A stretch of DNA of 32,000 nucleotides, taken from contig NZ_OMOH01000003.1 of the NCBI RefSeq assembly GCF_900289195.1, forward strand, positions 296,697-328,696. Reading direction: 5' to 3'. The stretch's first letter is position 1. Every line of letters begins with the position of its first letter. The position numbers and the translations under genes are program-made. This document shows positions 1-7,913 of the stretch, one piece after another. The notes under the pieces are model-generated. The model did not search any database and was not told the origin of the DNA. It saw only the letters and a list, made by a program, of their open reading frames with translations. The DNA comes from Propionibacterium ruminifibrarum (GTDB lineage Bacteria; Actinomycetota; Actinomycetes; Propionibacteriales; Propionibacteriaceae).

Positions 1-2483
1 TCGTCGTTGCGGCCGAGGGTCGACCTGAGTTCGCGGGCCCGTGCCGCCAGGGCGCCGAGCGCCTCGTCCCCCCGCGGGCGGGCCGGTGCCGCGTCTGAGG
101 CCAGGCCGAGCATCTCGGCGACCTGTGGTGGCATGCCGGCCGCGGGCGCCCCGGCCCCGGGCCGGTCGCCGGCCGCCGGGGCGGCCGGTTCCGGCGCGTC
201 GAGCGCCTCGTCGATCAGTCGCGTCGCCAGGGCGCGCAGCCCGGCGAGTTCGGTGCGCGGCAGCCGGTCGAGCGAGTCCGGGTCCAGGCCCTGCGCCTCC
301 GCGACGACCTCGACGGCCGGCGGCAGCTCGGCGCCGCCGTGCCCGAGGGCGCCGTGCACCATCGTGCGGGTCTGTTCCGGGGTCCACGCCCGGCCGAAGA
401 CGTGCAGCCCCATCGGCGTCAGCGACTGCGCCAGGCGGTCCAGGTGGGGCTCCAGTTCGTCCGGATCGGTGGGCAGGTGCTCGGCCTCCGCGCGCCTGCG
501 CACCTCCTCGAGCAGCTCCCCGCTCGTCGCCGGCGACAGCGCGAGGCTGCGCCGGTACTCGGCCACCAGTTCGTCCAGCTCGGCGAGCGTGTCGTGCAGC
601 CCGCCGGGCACCATCGCCACCGGCTGGTAGCTGACGATCTGAGCGTGCGAGCGGCGCACCGCGATGAGCCCCTCGGCCGGGTTCCCGGCGTAGTAGAGGT
701 AGACGTGCGGCACGGAGCCCATCATGATGTCCGGGTAGCAGCGGGTGCTCACCGCGTTCTCCTTGCCCCCCAGGAACTCCAGCGTCCCGTGCGTGCCGAC
801 GTGGACGACGACGTCCGGGCGCCACACGCTCTGCAGCCAGGTGTAGAACGCCAGGTACTGCGGATGGGGCGGGGCCGTCTTGTCGTGGGCCTGGGAGTCG
901 GCCGTCGCACCGCCGCCGCGCCCGGGCTGGATGCCGACCAGGGCATTGCCGAACTCGAGGGCCGGGATGATGAAGTCGCCCTCCGGCGTCGTCATCGGGG
1001 CGGCCGGCCCGTCGGCCGGCCACGCCTGGTCGACCTGCGCCCAGGCCCGCTCGTCGCCGAGGTCGGCCCGCGCCTGCGCCCGCGGGTAGACGAACGGGGC
1101 GTCCGGGGCGTCGAACCGGGGCGAGTTCACGGCCCGGGACAGCAACTGGTCCAGCAGCTCGTCGGGCTCGGGCGTGCCCACCCGGTAGCCGGTGCGTGCC
1201 AGCTCGGCGAGGATTGCCGACATCGAGGCGGCGACGTCGAGGAAGGAGCCGCCCAGCAGCCTGCTCTCGCCGGCCGGGTAGTCGTAGCCGATGATCGCCA
1301 CGCGCGCCTCGGCCGGGTCGAGGCGCCGCAGCCGCAGCAGACCTGCGACGCGTCCGGCCAGGCGGTCGACCTGCTCGGGGATCGGGGTGAGCGCGTTGAG
1401 GGCGACCCCGTAGCGCTCGTCGACACGCGGGGCGCTCATCGCGGCCACCGGGATCTCGTCGATGCAGCCGTCGAGCTCCGGCAGCATCATCGACACCATC
1501 ACCTTGGCCGGGCTCAGCCCGGAGGCGGCCCGGAGCCAGTCCTCGATCGTGATGCGGGTCAGCAGGATCGGGTGCACGTGCGCGGCGCCCCACTCGTTGA
1601 GCAGTTCCGCCCCTGCGCCCGCCCTGCCGCCGCCGTAACTCGTGCCCAGCCGCAGGCTGAGCATGTTCACGACGACATCGGGTACGATGCCGGCCTCGCC
1701 CATGAGGCGCCGCAGGTCGTCGACCGTGCGGGTGGCGTTGCGCACCGCCAGCGGCAGCACCCAGCAGTGCGCGCCGAGCGCCTCGGCGACCGCCCTCGTC
1801 GCGGCCGTCGAGTCGATCGGGTAGCCGTCGCCGGGGTACAGCACGAGTGCGATCTGCCGGTCGCCGGGCCCGCCGACGGCCTCGATGTAGCGCCTCACGT
1901 CGGTGAATTCGCGCCCGCCCGCCAGGTCGACCGCGACGACGCCGTCGGCCGGGTACTCGGCCGACGTCACCACGACCTCGGGGTGGCCGCCGTACTCGTG
2001 CAGCAGCAGCGTGAGGAAGGCCCTGGCGTGCACCGGGCTCATCGCGTGGAAGCAGCGCAGCAGCGTCGACAGGTTGGCCAGGTCGGCCGCGAATCGTTCC
2101 GGGTCGGCGCCCTCGGCGCTCGTGGGCCGGGCGCCCGGCCCGGCCGGCCCGATGGGGACGCCGCCGGGGGCGGGACGGACGGTCCCCAGACGCAGCCTGT
2201 CGGTGAACAGGTGCCCGGGCGGCAGCAGATCGCCCTCGTAGGCCGCCACCGGCCCGGCCAGCGCGTCGGCCCAGGCCTGCGGCGCGCCGCTCAGGTCGAT
2301 GAGCAGGAAGTCACTGCTCGACACCGCCCCGGGCAGTCGCGCCGCGTCCTGCGGCGACGGGGGATCGGTGGCGTTGAACAGCCGGAGCTCGCAGGCGCCC
2401 GGATGGGTCCTCGCCAGATCCTGGTCGACCGCGATGAGGGCCGACAGCAGGTCCGGGCACACGCTGATGATCGTGATGCGCAT
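1..2483 (-). CDS. cobN: CobN-type cobaltochelatase / Mg-chelatase H-family large subunit, N-terminal ~827 codons (3' end runs off the left edge)
   Basis: It is missing from the ORF track because it has no stop codon inside the window. My reverse-strand translation starts at ATG (complement of 2481-2483), preceded by GAGGAGG (complement of 2491-2497). It stays open to position 1 and begins MRITIISVCPDLL. Around 839-760 it reads WLQSVWRPDVVVHVGTHGTLEFLGGK, the HGTLE(W/F)LPGK-type signature I associate with CobN/BchH chelatases. The 762-aa + ORF 339..2627 is its antisense shadow. Confidence 0.8.
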   Translation of the reverse strand, partial: MRITIISVCPDLLSALIAVDQDLARTHPGACELRLFNATDPPSPQDAARLPGAVSSSDFLLIDLSGAPQAWADALAGPVAAYEGDLLPPGHLFTDRLRLGTVRPAPGGVPIGPAGPGARPTSAEGADPERFAADLANLSTLLRCFHAMSPVHARAFLTLLLHEYGGHPEVVVTSAEYPADGVVAVDLAGGREFTDVRRYIEAVGGPGDRQIALVLYPGDGYPIDSTAATRAVAEALGAHCWVLPLAVRNATRTVDDLRRLMGEAGIVPDVVVNMLSLRLGTSYGGGRAGAGAELLNEWGAAHVHPILLTRITIEDWLRAASGLSPAKVMVSMMLPELDGCIDEIPVAAMSAPRVDERYGVALNALTPIPEQVDRLAGRVAGLLRLRRLDPAEARVAIIGYDYPAGESRLLGGSFLDVAASMSAILAELARTGYRVGTPEPDELLDQLLSRAVNSPRFDAPDAPFVYPRAQARADLGDERAWAQVDQAWPADGPAAPMTTPEGDFIIPALEFGNALVGIQPGRGGGATADSQAHDKTAPPHPQYLAFYTWLQSVWRPDVVVHVGTHGTLEFLGGKENAVSTRCYPDIMMGSVPHVYLYYAGNPAEGLIAVRRSHAQIVSYQPVAMVPGGLHDTLAELDELVAEYRRSLALSPATSGELLEEVRRRAEAEHLPTDPDELEPHLDRLAQSLTPMGLHVFGRAWTPEQTRTMVHGALGHGGAELPPAVEVVAEAQGLDPDSLDRLPRTELAGLRALATRLIDEALDAPEPAAPAAGDRPGAGAPAAGMPPQVAEMLGLASDAAPARPRGDEALGALAARARELRSTLGRND

Positions 2484-2610
2484 GATCACTCCTCCTCGGG
2501 GCCGGCCGCACTCGTGGCGGCCGGTGGTCGGTTCGTCGGTCGCCGCCCGCCCGGCGCCGGCTCGTCCGGGACGCGGACGCGATCCGCTCCCGGGGCCAGG
2601 GCGGTGCGCC

Positions 2611-2616
2611 TACACT
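2611..2616 (+). promoter_or_regulatory. -10-like hexamer TACACT placed for a leaderless yhhQ transcript
   Basis: TACACT ends 7 nt before the GTG at 2624. No Shine-Dalgarno sequence lies between them. Confidence 0.35.
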
Positions 2617-2623
2617 GCCGCCC

Positions 2624-3376
2624 GTGACAGATGAACCCACTGAGGCCCGGCACGTTGCGTCCCCGGCCGGGGACGGCGCCCCGGCCACGGGCCGCCCGGG
2701 CCCGGCCTATGCGAGCACGGGAGCCCGGTTCTACCCGATCATGCTGGCGGCCATGGCCGTCGTCATCGTGCTGTCGGGCATCGGCGGCTCGAAGGCCGTC
2801 CAGTTCGGCCCGATCCTCACCGACGGCGCCTTCTTCATCTTCCCGTTCAGCTACATCCTCGGTGACTCGATCACCGAGATCTACGGTCCCCGGGCCGCCC
2901 GACAGGCCATTACGACGGGTTTCGTCGTCAACATCATGAGCTCGATGATCTACTGGGTGATCATCGTGCTGCCGGGCCTGTCGGACGGCGACAACGCGGC
3001 CCGCGACGCGGCCTTCCGGCTGGCTCTCGGTCCGGTGTGGCAGGTCGTCCTGGCCGGTGTCGTCGGTTTCGCGGGCGGGCAGAGCGCCAACTCCTTCATC
3101 ATGTGGCTCGGCAAGCGGCGCCACCACGAGAAGGGCCTGTACGGGCGGCTCGTCTCGTCGACCGGTGTCGGCGAGTTCATCGACACGCTGCTGTTCTGCC
3201 TCATCGCCGCCCGCGCGATCGGCCTGACCACGGCCGGGCAGGTCGTGAACTACACGATCGTCGGCTACCTGTACAAGATCGCCCTGCAGTACGCCCTCAT
3301 GCCGCTCACCGGGCGCATCATCACGGCGATCAAGAAGCGCGAGCCGAGCTATCAGGCGGCGCTGGCCGCGGCCTGA
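2624..3376 (+). CDS. yhhQ: Queuosine-precursor (preQ0/preQ1) transporter, YhhQ/VUT (DUF165) family membrane protein
   Basis: The 250-aa ORF is multi-TM. The stretch FFIFPFSYILGDSITEIYGPRAARQAI matches the conserved FP.TY..D..TEVYG core I recall for YhhQ. It has a GTG start and about 35 aa of non-conserved N-terminus, so the true start could be further downstream. Confidence 0.75.
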   Translation: MTDEPTEARHVASPAGDGAPATGRPGPAYASTGARFYPIMLAAMAVVIVLSGIGGSKAVQFGPILTDGAFFIFPFSYILGDSITEIYGPRAARQAITTGFVVNIMSSMIYWVIIVLPGLSDGDNAARDAAFRLALGPVWQVVLAGVVGFAGGQSANSFIMWLGKRRHHEKGLYGRLVSSTGVGEFIDTLLFCLIAARAIGLTTAGQVVNYTIVGYLYKIALQYALMPLTGRIITAIKKREPSYQAALAAA

Positions 3377-3486
3377 ACCCCGCGGGCCGGCCCCCGCCAG
3401 GTTCGGGCCGTGCCCGGGTCGGGACGGCGATGACATCCGGGCCGGCCTGCGCGTCCGGGTCCAGAACACCATGGCGTGACGTCGGT

Positions 3487-4089
3487 TCAGCCCGTGACCT
3501 TCTCCTCTATCGTGACGCCGTAGGTGTTCTGGAAGTACTCCTGCGTGGCGGTCATCAGCTCGGCGGTCTCGGCCTGCGCCGAGTCCCAGCGCCCGTGCTG
3601 GCGGACCGGTTCGGAAGCGTCGTTGCCCTCGTCGTCCGTGATGCCGGTGAGGACCTGGTCGTCCAGTCCCATCGTGTAGTCGTACGTCGTGCCGCGCGCG
3701 GCCACGTGGTGGTGGCGGACGAAGGTGCGGTCGGCGTAGTTGAAGATGAAGTAGTCGCTGTAGTCGTCGCCGCTGGCGGGATCGACGAGCTGGAAGGTTG
3801 CCGTGCCGTCGGCGCCGGGTTCGATGGTGATGCGCACCCCGGCCCCCTCGGCCAGATCGGCCCCCAGGTCGGTCGCGGTGAGCACGCCGTCGGCGGTCTC
3901 GAAGTCCGTCGCGCTCGGCGCTGCGGTCGAGGACCCACCGGGGCTCGGCGCCGCACTCGTCGTGCCGGCCTGGGTGCTCTGAGGCGCCGAGGCGCTGTCC
4001 TGGCTGTCGCCGGACGACCCGGAGCAGGCCGACAGGGGCAGCGCCAGGGCCGCTGCGAGGAGGGGGACCAGTACTCGTGCGTTCATCAT
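3487..4089 (-). CDS. Secreted lipoprotein of unknown function, last gene of the ABC importer operon
   Basis: The track ORF 3487..4212 is trimmed here to the ATG at 4089, which forms an ATGA overlap with the ATPase stop at 4086-4088. AAGGAGA lies just upstream, and a second in-frame ATG at 4086 has better SD spacing. The N-terminus MMNARVLVPLLAAALALPLSAC has a canonical lipobox (LSAC). It is followed by an S/T/A/P-rich linker and a ~130-aa domain I do not recognise (…FIFNYADRTFVRHHHVAARGTTYDYTMGLDD…). Confidence 0.6.
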   Translation of the reverse strand: MMNARVLVPLLAAALALPLSACSGSSGDSQDSASAPQSTQAGTTSAAPSPGGSSTAAPSATDFETADGVLTATDLGADLAEGAGVRITIEPGADGTATFQLVDPASGDDYSDYFIFNYADRTFVRHHHVAARGTTYDYTMGLDDQVLTGITDDEGNDASEPVRQHGRWDSAQAETAELMTATQEYFQNTYGVTIEEKVTG

Positions 4090-4937
4090 TTCTCCTTGTC
4101 CAGAGGTTTTCCCGCCTGGCGGGCGGGGTTGGGTGAGGATCTGTGGCCGCCGGTCCGGCGTGACCGCGGCGCCACGACCGGCTGACCGCTGACCGGGTCG
4201 GCGCTGATCCATGCGTCGACGCCGAAGACCTGCTCGATGGCGCCGGTGTCCAGCGCCCGTCCGGGCGCGCCGGTCGCCCGCACACGCCCGTCGGACATGA
4301 GGACGGCGTTGTCGCAGTAGCGGGCGACCTGGGTGAGGTCGTGCAGCACCATGACGACGGTCAGCCCGCGCTCGGTGTTGAGCTCGCGGACCAGGTCGAG
4401 GATCTCGAGCTGGTGGGCGATGTCCAGGTAGGTGGTGGGCTCGTCGAGCAGGAGCAGCTGCGGCTCCTGGGCCAGGGCCGCCGCGAGCCAGACGCGCTGC
4501 CGCTCGCCGCCCGACAGCGTCCCGATCCGCCGATCCGCGAACGGGACGAGGCCGGTGCGCTCCAGCGCCGAGGCCACCGCGGCTCGCCCGCCGGCGTCAC
4601 GGGCCGTGAACCAGCCCTGGTGCGCGTAGCGCCCGTAGCCGACCATGTCGGCCACCCGCACCTCGGGGCCCGCCTGCGCGTTCTGCCAGACCACCGCCAT
4701 CGCCCGGCCTCGTCGCCGCGAACTCATCGAGGCGACCGGCTCCCCGCCCAGCAGCACCCGGCCCCGCACCGGCGCGGTGCCGCACACCGCGCGCACCAGC
4801 GTCGTCTTGCCGCAGCCGTTCGGCCCGATGATCCCGTGGACGAGGCCCGGCGCCAGGTCGAGGTCGATGCCGTGCAGGATCTCCCGGCCGCCCAGTTCGA
4901 CGACCAGTCCGCGCATCGACAGCCCGGCGCCGCTCAC
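4086..4937 (-). CDS. ABC transporter ATP-binding protein, FepC/FecE/BtuD-like (iron-chelate or corrinoid importer)
   Basis: Contains Walker A GPNGCGKTT, signature LSGGERQR and Walker B LLLLDEPT. The GTG start at 4937 overlaps the permease stop (GTGA). Confidence 0.9.
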   Translation of the reverse strand: MSGAGLSMRGLVVELGGREILHGIDLDLAPGLVHGIIGPNGCGKTTLVRAVCGTAPVRGRVLLGGEPVASMSSRRRGRAMAVVWQNAQAGPEVRVADMVGYGRYAHQGWFTARDAGGRAAVASALERTGLVPFADRRIGTLSGGERQRVWLAAALAQEPQLLLLDEPTTYLDIAHQLEILDLVRELNTERGLTVVMVLHDLTQVARYCDNAVLMSDGRVRATGAPGRALDTGAIEQVFGVDAWISADPVSGQPVVAPRSRRTGGHRSSPNPARQAGKPLDKEK

Positions 4938-5971
4938 AGCGCCCTCCTCAGCAGGAAGAGGAAGAAGGGCACGCCCAGGACCGTCATCGTGATGCCGACC
5001 GGGATCTCGACGGGGGAGAAGACCGTGCGCGAGAGGGTGTCGCTCACGACGAGCAGGGCCGCGCCGGCGAGGATCGAGCCGGGCACGGTGAGCCGGTGGT
5101 CCGGGCCCAGCACCATGCGCATGATGTGCGGAACGATGAGCCCGACGAAACCGAGCAGCCCGACCGCGCTCACCGCGCTCGCCGCGAGCACCGCCGCGAG
5201 CGCGGTGAAGAAGACGCGGTTGGCCTGGACGTTCATGCCCATCGAGCCGGCCGCGTCATCCCCCAGCACCAGCACGTTCAGCCGCCGCGCGAAGCAGCAG
5301 GCCAGCGCCAGTGAGACCAGTGAATAGGGCCACAGCCCGCGCACCTCGGTCCAGCCGCGCATCGACATCGCGCCGTTCATGAACATGAGGGCTCCGGCCA
5401 CCCGGTCGGAGAAGAGCACCATGAGCGCCGAGATGCCCGCCCCGCACAGCGCCGAGACGGCCACCCCGGCCAGGATGATCCGCAGCGGCTGGATGCCTCC
5501 CTTCCAGGCCAGCAGGAAGATCGCCGCGGCCGCCCCCATCGCACCGGCGAAGGCCGCCGGGGTGACGAGCGCCAGACGGCTCGGGGCGACGAGCATGATG
5601 CCGATCCCGAGCAGCCCGGCCCCCGAGGAGACGCCGATGATGCTCGGATCCGCCAGGGGATTGCTCATGACCGCCTGCAGGATGACGCCGCTGACGGCCA
5701 GGTTCATGCCCACCAGGACGGCGAGCAGCATGCGCGGCAGCCTGATGTCCCAGACGATCCGCCGCAGCGAGGCGTCGCGGCCCGTCAGGGCGTCGAGCAC
5801 CTGACCGGCCGACAGGTGGATGGAGCCCGCCCCGATCGCGTACAGGGCCCCCGCGACGAGCAGCACGGCCAGCGCGATGAAGACGCCGACGCGGAACCAG
5901 CCGCGCCCGGCGAGGCCGTGGTGGCCGTTGCCCGGGGATACCCCGGCGCGGCCGGTGATCGTCGCGCTCAT
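4934..5971 (-). CDS. FecCD/BtuC-family ABC importer permease
   Basis: The 345-aa polytopic protein has the typical FecCD layout (…IRLPRMLLAVLVGMNLAVSGVILQAVMSNPLADPSIIGVSSGAGL…). The ATG at 5971 overlaps the binding-protein stop (ATGA). Confidence 0.9.
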   Translation of the reverse strand: MSATITGRAGVSPGNGHHGLAGRGWFRVGVFIALAVLLVAGALYAIGAGSIHLSAGQVLDALTGRDASLRRIVWDIRLPRMLLAVLVGMNLAVSGVILQAVMSNPLADPSIIGVSSGAGLLGIGIMLVAPSRLALVTPAAFAGAMGAAAAIFLLAWKGGIQPLRIILAGVAVSALCGAGISALMVLFSDRVAGALMFMNGAMSMRGWTEVRGLWPYSLVSLALACCFARRLNVLVLGDDAAGSMGMNVQANRVFFTALAAVLAASAVSAVGLLGFVGLIVPHIMRMVLGPDHRLTVPGSILAGAALLVVSDTLSRTVFSPVEIPVGITMTVLGVPFFLFLLRRAL

Positions 5972-7026
5972 GCGTACTGCTGGGCGTCGCCGTAGACGTC
6001 GGGATGGATGCAGGCGGCCATGTAGGCCACCGCGTCACCGTAGTAGGGGCCGCCGTTGAGCAGGAAGTACTCCTGCGGCAGATAGGAGATGCGGCCCTCC
6101 CGCACGGCGTCGACCGCCTGCCAGGCCTGGTTGGACGCGAACTCCTCGTCCATGCGCGCCTGGGCGTCGGCGTCGGTCTCCACCATGCTCGTGACGAGCA
6201 CATGGTCGGGCTGGGCCGCCACGATGGCCTCGATGTCGAGGGGCGTCGTCTCCGAACCGGGATTGTCCGGGGTCAGGCCCGAGGCGATGTTCGTCAGGCG
6301 CAGGGTGCCGGCGATCTGCCCGGCGATCGAGTCGTCGAGCTTGACGGCCAGCGAGGTGGCGGTGACGTAGACGATGACGACGGACGGGGAGCCCTCGGGC
6401 AACCGGTCGACGACCTCGTCGACCCGGTCGCCGATCTGGGTGATGCGTTCGGACGCCGTGTCCGGGTGGCCGGTGAGCACGCCGAACGCCCGGTAGATCG
6501 CCTCGAGTTCGGCCTGGGAGCGGGCCCTCACCTGAAGACCCCGGATCCCCAGTTCGCGCAGCCTGGACAGCACGGTGTCCTGGGCGCCGCTCATGACGAT
6601 GACCAGGTCGGGCTCGTACGAGCTGACGGCCTCGATGTCGACGTTCGAGGTGGCGCCGACCGTCGGCACCGCGCGCATCGCCGCGTCGTTCTCGGGGACC
6701 GTCTTCACGTTGTCGGTGATCTGCACCGAGCAGACGGCCGTGCCGCCCACGTCATACCAGATGTTCATGGCGGTGCCCGCCAGGATGCACACCCGCTGCG
6801 GCGCCGAGTCGAAGTCGACGCTCCGGCCGCTGAAATCGGTGATGCTCAGCGGGAACTCGGTGCTCGTCATGGGCATCGGGCCGGCGTCGGCGGCTGCCGA
6901 CGGCTCATCGCCGGGCGGCGGGTCCTGCTGGCCGGCCGAGCAGCTCGCGCCGAGCATCGACATCGTTGCGCAGAGCACCGCAGCGAGTGCCCTGCGTGTT
7001 GCGCGGCGACGGCTGGTGACGGACAT
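5968..7026 (-). CDS. Periplasmic-binding-protein type 2 (FhuD/FepB/BtuF-like) substrate-binding protein, probable lipoprotein
   Basis: I chose the ATG at 7026 because AGGAGG lies 6 nt upstream; the track start at 7068 has no SD. The N-terminus MSVTSRRRATRRALAAVLCATMSMLGASC is a signal peptide with an Arg-rich n-region and a Cys at the cleavage region. The body resembles cluster-A siderophore/corrinoid binding proteins. Confidence 0.85.
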   Translation of the reverse strand: MSVTSRRRATRRALAAVLCATMSMLGASCSAGQQDPPPGDEPSAAADAGPMPMTSTEFPLSITDFSGRSVDFDSAPQRVCILAGTAMNIWYDVGGTAVCSVQITDNVKTVPENDAAMRAVPTVGATSNVDIEAVSSYEPDLVIVMSGAQDTVLSRLRELGIRGLQVRARSQAELEAIYRAFGVLTGHPDTASERITQIGDRVDEVVDRLPEGSPSVVIVYVTATSLAVKLDDSIAGQIAGTLRLTNIASGLTPDNPGSETTPLDIEAIVAAQPDHVLVTSMVETDADAQARMDEEFASNQAWQAVDAVREGRISYLPQEYFLLNGGPYYGDAVAYMAACIHPDVYGDAQQYA

Positions 7027-7093
7027 GGCGGCCTCCTGCGGTGATGCGAACGCGGTCACCTTATCCATGACCAGCCAGAAAAAAACAAGATCT

Positions 7094-7120
7094 TTGTGAA
7101 AAAAGTTTGCTTTTTCACAA
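7094..7120. repeat. Perfect 10-bp inverted repeat TTGTGAAAAA / TTTTTCACAA with a 7-nt spacer, inside an AT-rich island
   Basis: Positions 7094-7103 pair exactly with 7111-7120. The repeat lies between the putative iron box and the binding-protein start codon. On the minus-strand transcript the hairpin is followed 9 nt later by a T7 run (complement of 7078-7084). Confidence 0.6.
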
Positions 7121-7140
7121 GCGTGTTCGGTTCTAGCACA

Positions 7141-7159
7141 TAAGGTCAGGCGAACCTTG
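7141..7159. promoter_or_regulatory. DtxR/IdeR-type iron-box-like palindrome upstream of the ABC importer operon
   Basis: TAAGGTCAGGCGAACCTTG matches the IdeR/DtxR consensus TTAGGTTAGGCTAACCTAA at 14 of 19 positions by my count. It has AAGGT…ACCTT dyad symmetry and sits 115-133 nt upstream of the start at 7026. Confidence 0.4.
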
Positions 7160-7435
7160 CATGATATGGTCCGGCGGTCTGCCGTCCGAAGCCCCGCCCC
7201 GGCCCGCAGAACTCCTCACTGCCTCGACGCCGGGAACGCATGGGCGCCCGGCCGCGCCGGGCGGTGACGGTGGCCGGTTGTGCGGAGGCGCCCTCGGGTC
7301 CCCCGGGCGTCACTGCCGAGGCCGGGATCGGAGCCGGCGGCGTCGCCGCGGGGCGCGGGGGAGGACGGCTTTTCCGGACGATTCATGAGCCCCGGGGGCA
7401 AGGGGCGCGCCGGTTTGTGTACATTGAGAAGTGCT

Positions 7436-7640
7436 GGTTCAGCCCATCGTCAGATGGGCTGTCGTAAGAGGGAATTCCGGTGAGAGGCCGGAGCTGTCCC
7501 GCAGCGGTGTATGGGAACAACGTCACAACGAGCACTGGGCCCGATGGCCTGGGAAGCGGTGGTGTAGGAACCGGGAGCGATCCCGAGTGCCCATGAGCCC
7601 GAAGACCTGCCAGCCGCAGCGGCGCGAGCCGCTGCGGAAC
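7436..7640 (+). promoter_or_regulatory. Cobalamin (AdoCbl) riboswitch, + strand, with a downstream GC hairpin as candidate expression platform
   Basis: The core elements appear in canonical order. These are GAGGGAAttCCGGTGAGAGGCCGGAGCTGTCCCGCAGCGGTG (7468-7509), GAGCACTGGGcccgatggCCTGGGAAGCG (7530-7558) and the B12 box GAGCCCGAAGACCTGCC (7595-7611). A 9-bp hairpin lies at 7440-7461. A perfect 10-bp hairpin CCGCAGCGGC-gcga-GCCGCTGCGG lies at 7614-7637. Confidence 0.85.
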
Positions 7641-7891
7641 GTGCCCCGCGGAGGGTCCACGGATCGGAGCGATCGGTGCCCGGCGATGCGCATCATCACC
7701 GGGTCCGGTCACGAAGATCAGTGCCAGCGGTTCCGGCGAACGCCTGCCTGGCGAGCCGGTGGGCGACCACCGGACGAACCAGCAGGGCCGCACCGGAGCC
7801 ACCAGCCCCCGACGTCAGCGCCGGGGCCATGCCAGGTGGGTGCCGGGCTCACGCCCGTCGCCCGCCGATGACCGGCTGGCAGCCAGTCCCC

Positions 7892-7913
7892 GGTGCGCCC
7901 CACCCGGCGCACC
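7892..7913 (+). promoter_or_regulatory. 8-bp GC hairpin (GGTGCGCC-ccaccc-GGCGCACC) ~20 nt upstream of the mutA SD
   Basis: The arms are perfect complements and are followed by CTGACCCTTTCAGGAGCAGGAG. The function is unknown; an attenuator or processing site is possible. Confidence 0.3.

Noticed and set aside
2484-2623. preQ1 riboswitch upstream of yhhQ, or B12 riboswitch upstream of cobN
   Set aside because: There is no preQ1-type A-rich tail or CUA core and no B12 box on either strand. The region is only 140 bp of GC-rich DNA with a -10-like hexamer abutting the yhhQ GTG.
339-2627. 762-aa + strand ORF, the longest listed in this region
   Set aside because: The translation is R/G/V/H/A-rich with no recognisable motifs. 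The complementary strand encodes a clean CobN-like protein in a matching register, so this is a classic high-GC antisense shadow ORF.
2486-4285. 599-aa minus-strand ORF spanning yhhQ and the lipoprotein gene
   Set aside because: It runs antisense to the well-supported yhhQ and in a different frame from the lipoprotein. The composition is R/P/G-dominated and non-protein-like.
7095-7119. CRP/GlxR site (TGTGA-N6-TCACA) reading of the TGTGAA…TTCACA palindrome
   Set aside because: The half-sites are about 14 nt apart rather than 6, and at 28654-28676 the halves are in the opposite (TCACA…TGTGA) order. The spacing does not fit the CRP family.
7160-7430. Possible second cobalamin riboswitch on the minus strand serving the ABC importer, for example AGTGAGGAGTTCTGCGG (complement of 7204-7220) and CGGCAGACCGCC (complement of about 7172-7183) as B12-box look-alikes
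   Set aside because: The invariant GGTG…AA…CC / CCCGC…ACTG core elements are absent upstream of these boxes. The ACC-TGCC core of the box is broken in the better candidate. The ~270 bp of GC-rich spacer therefore remains unexplained rather than annotated. A cmsearch on the minus strand would settle it.
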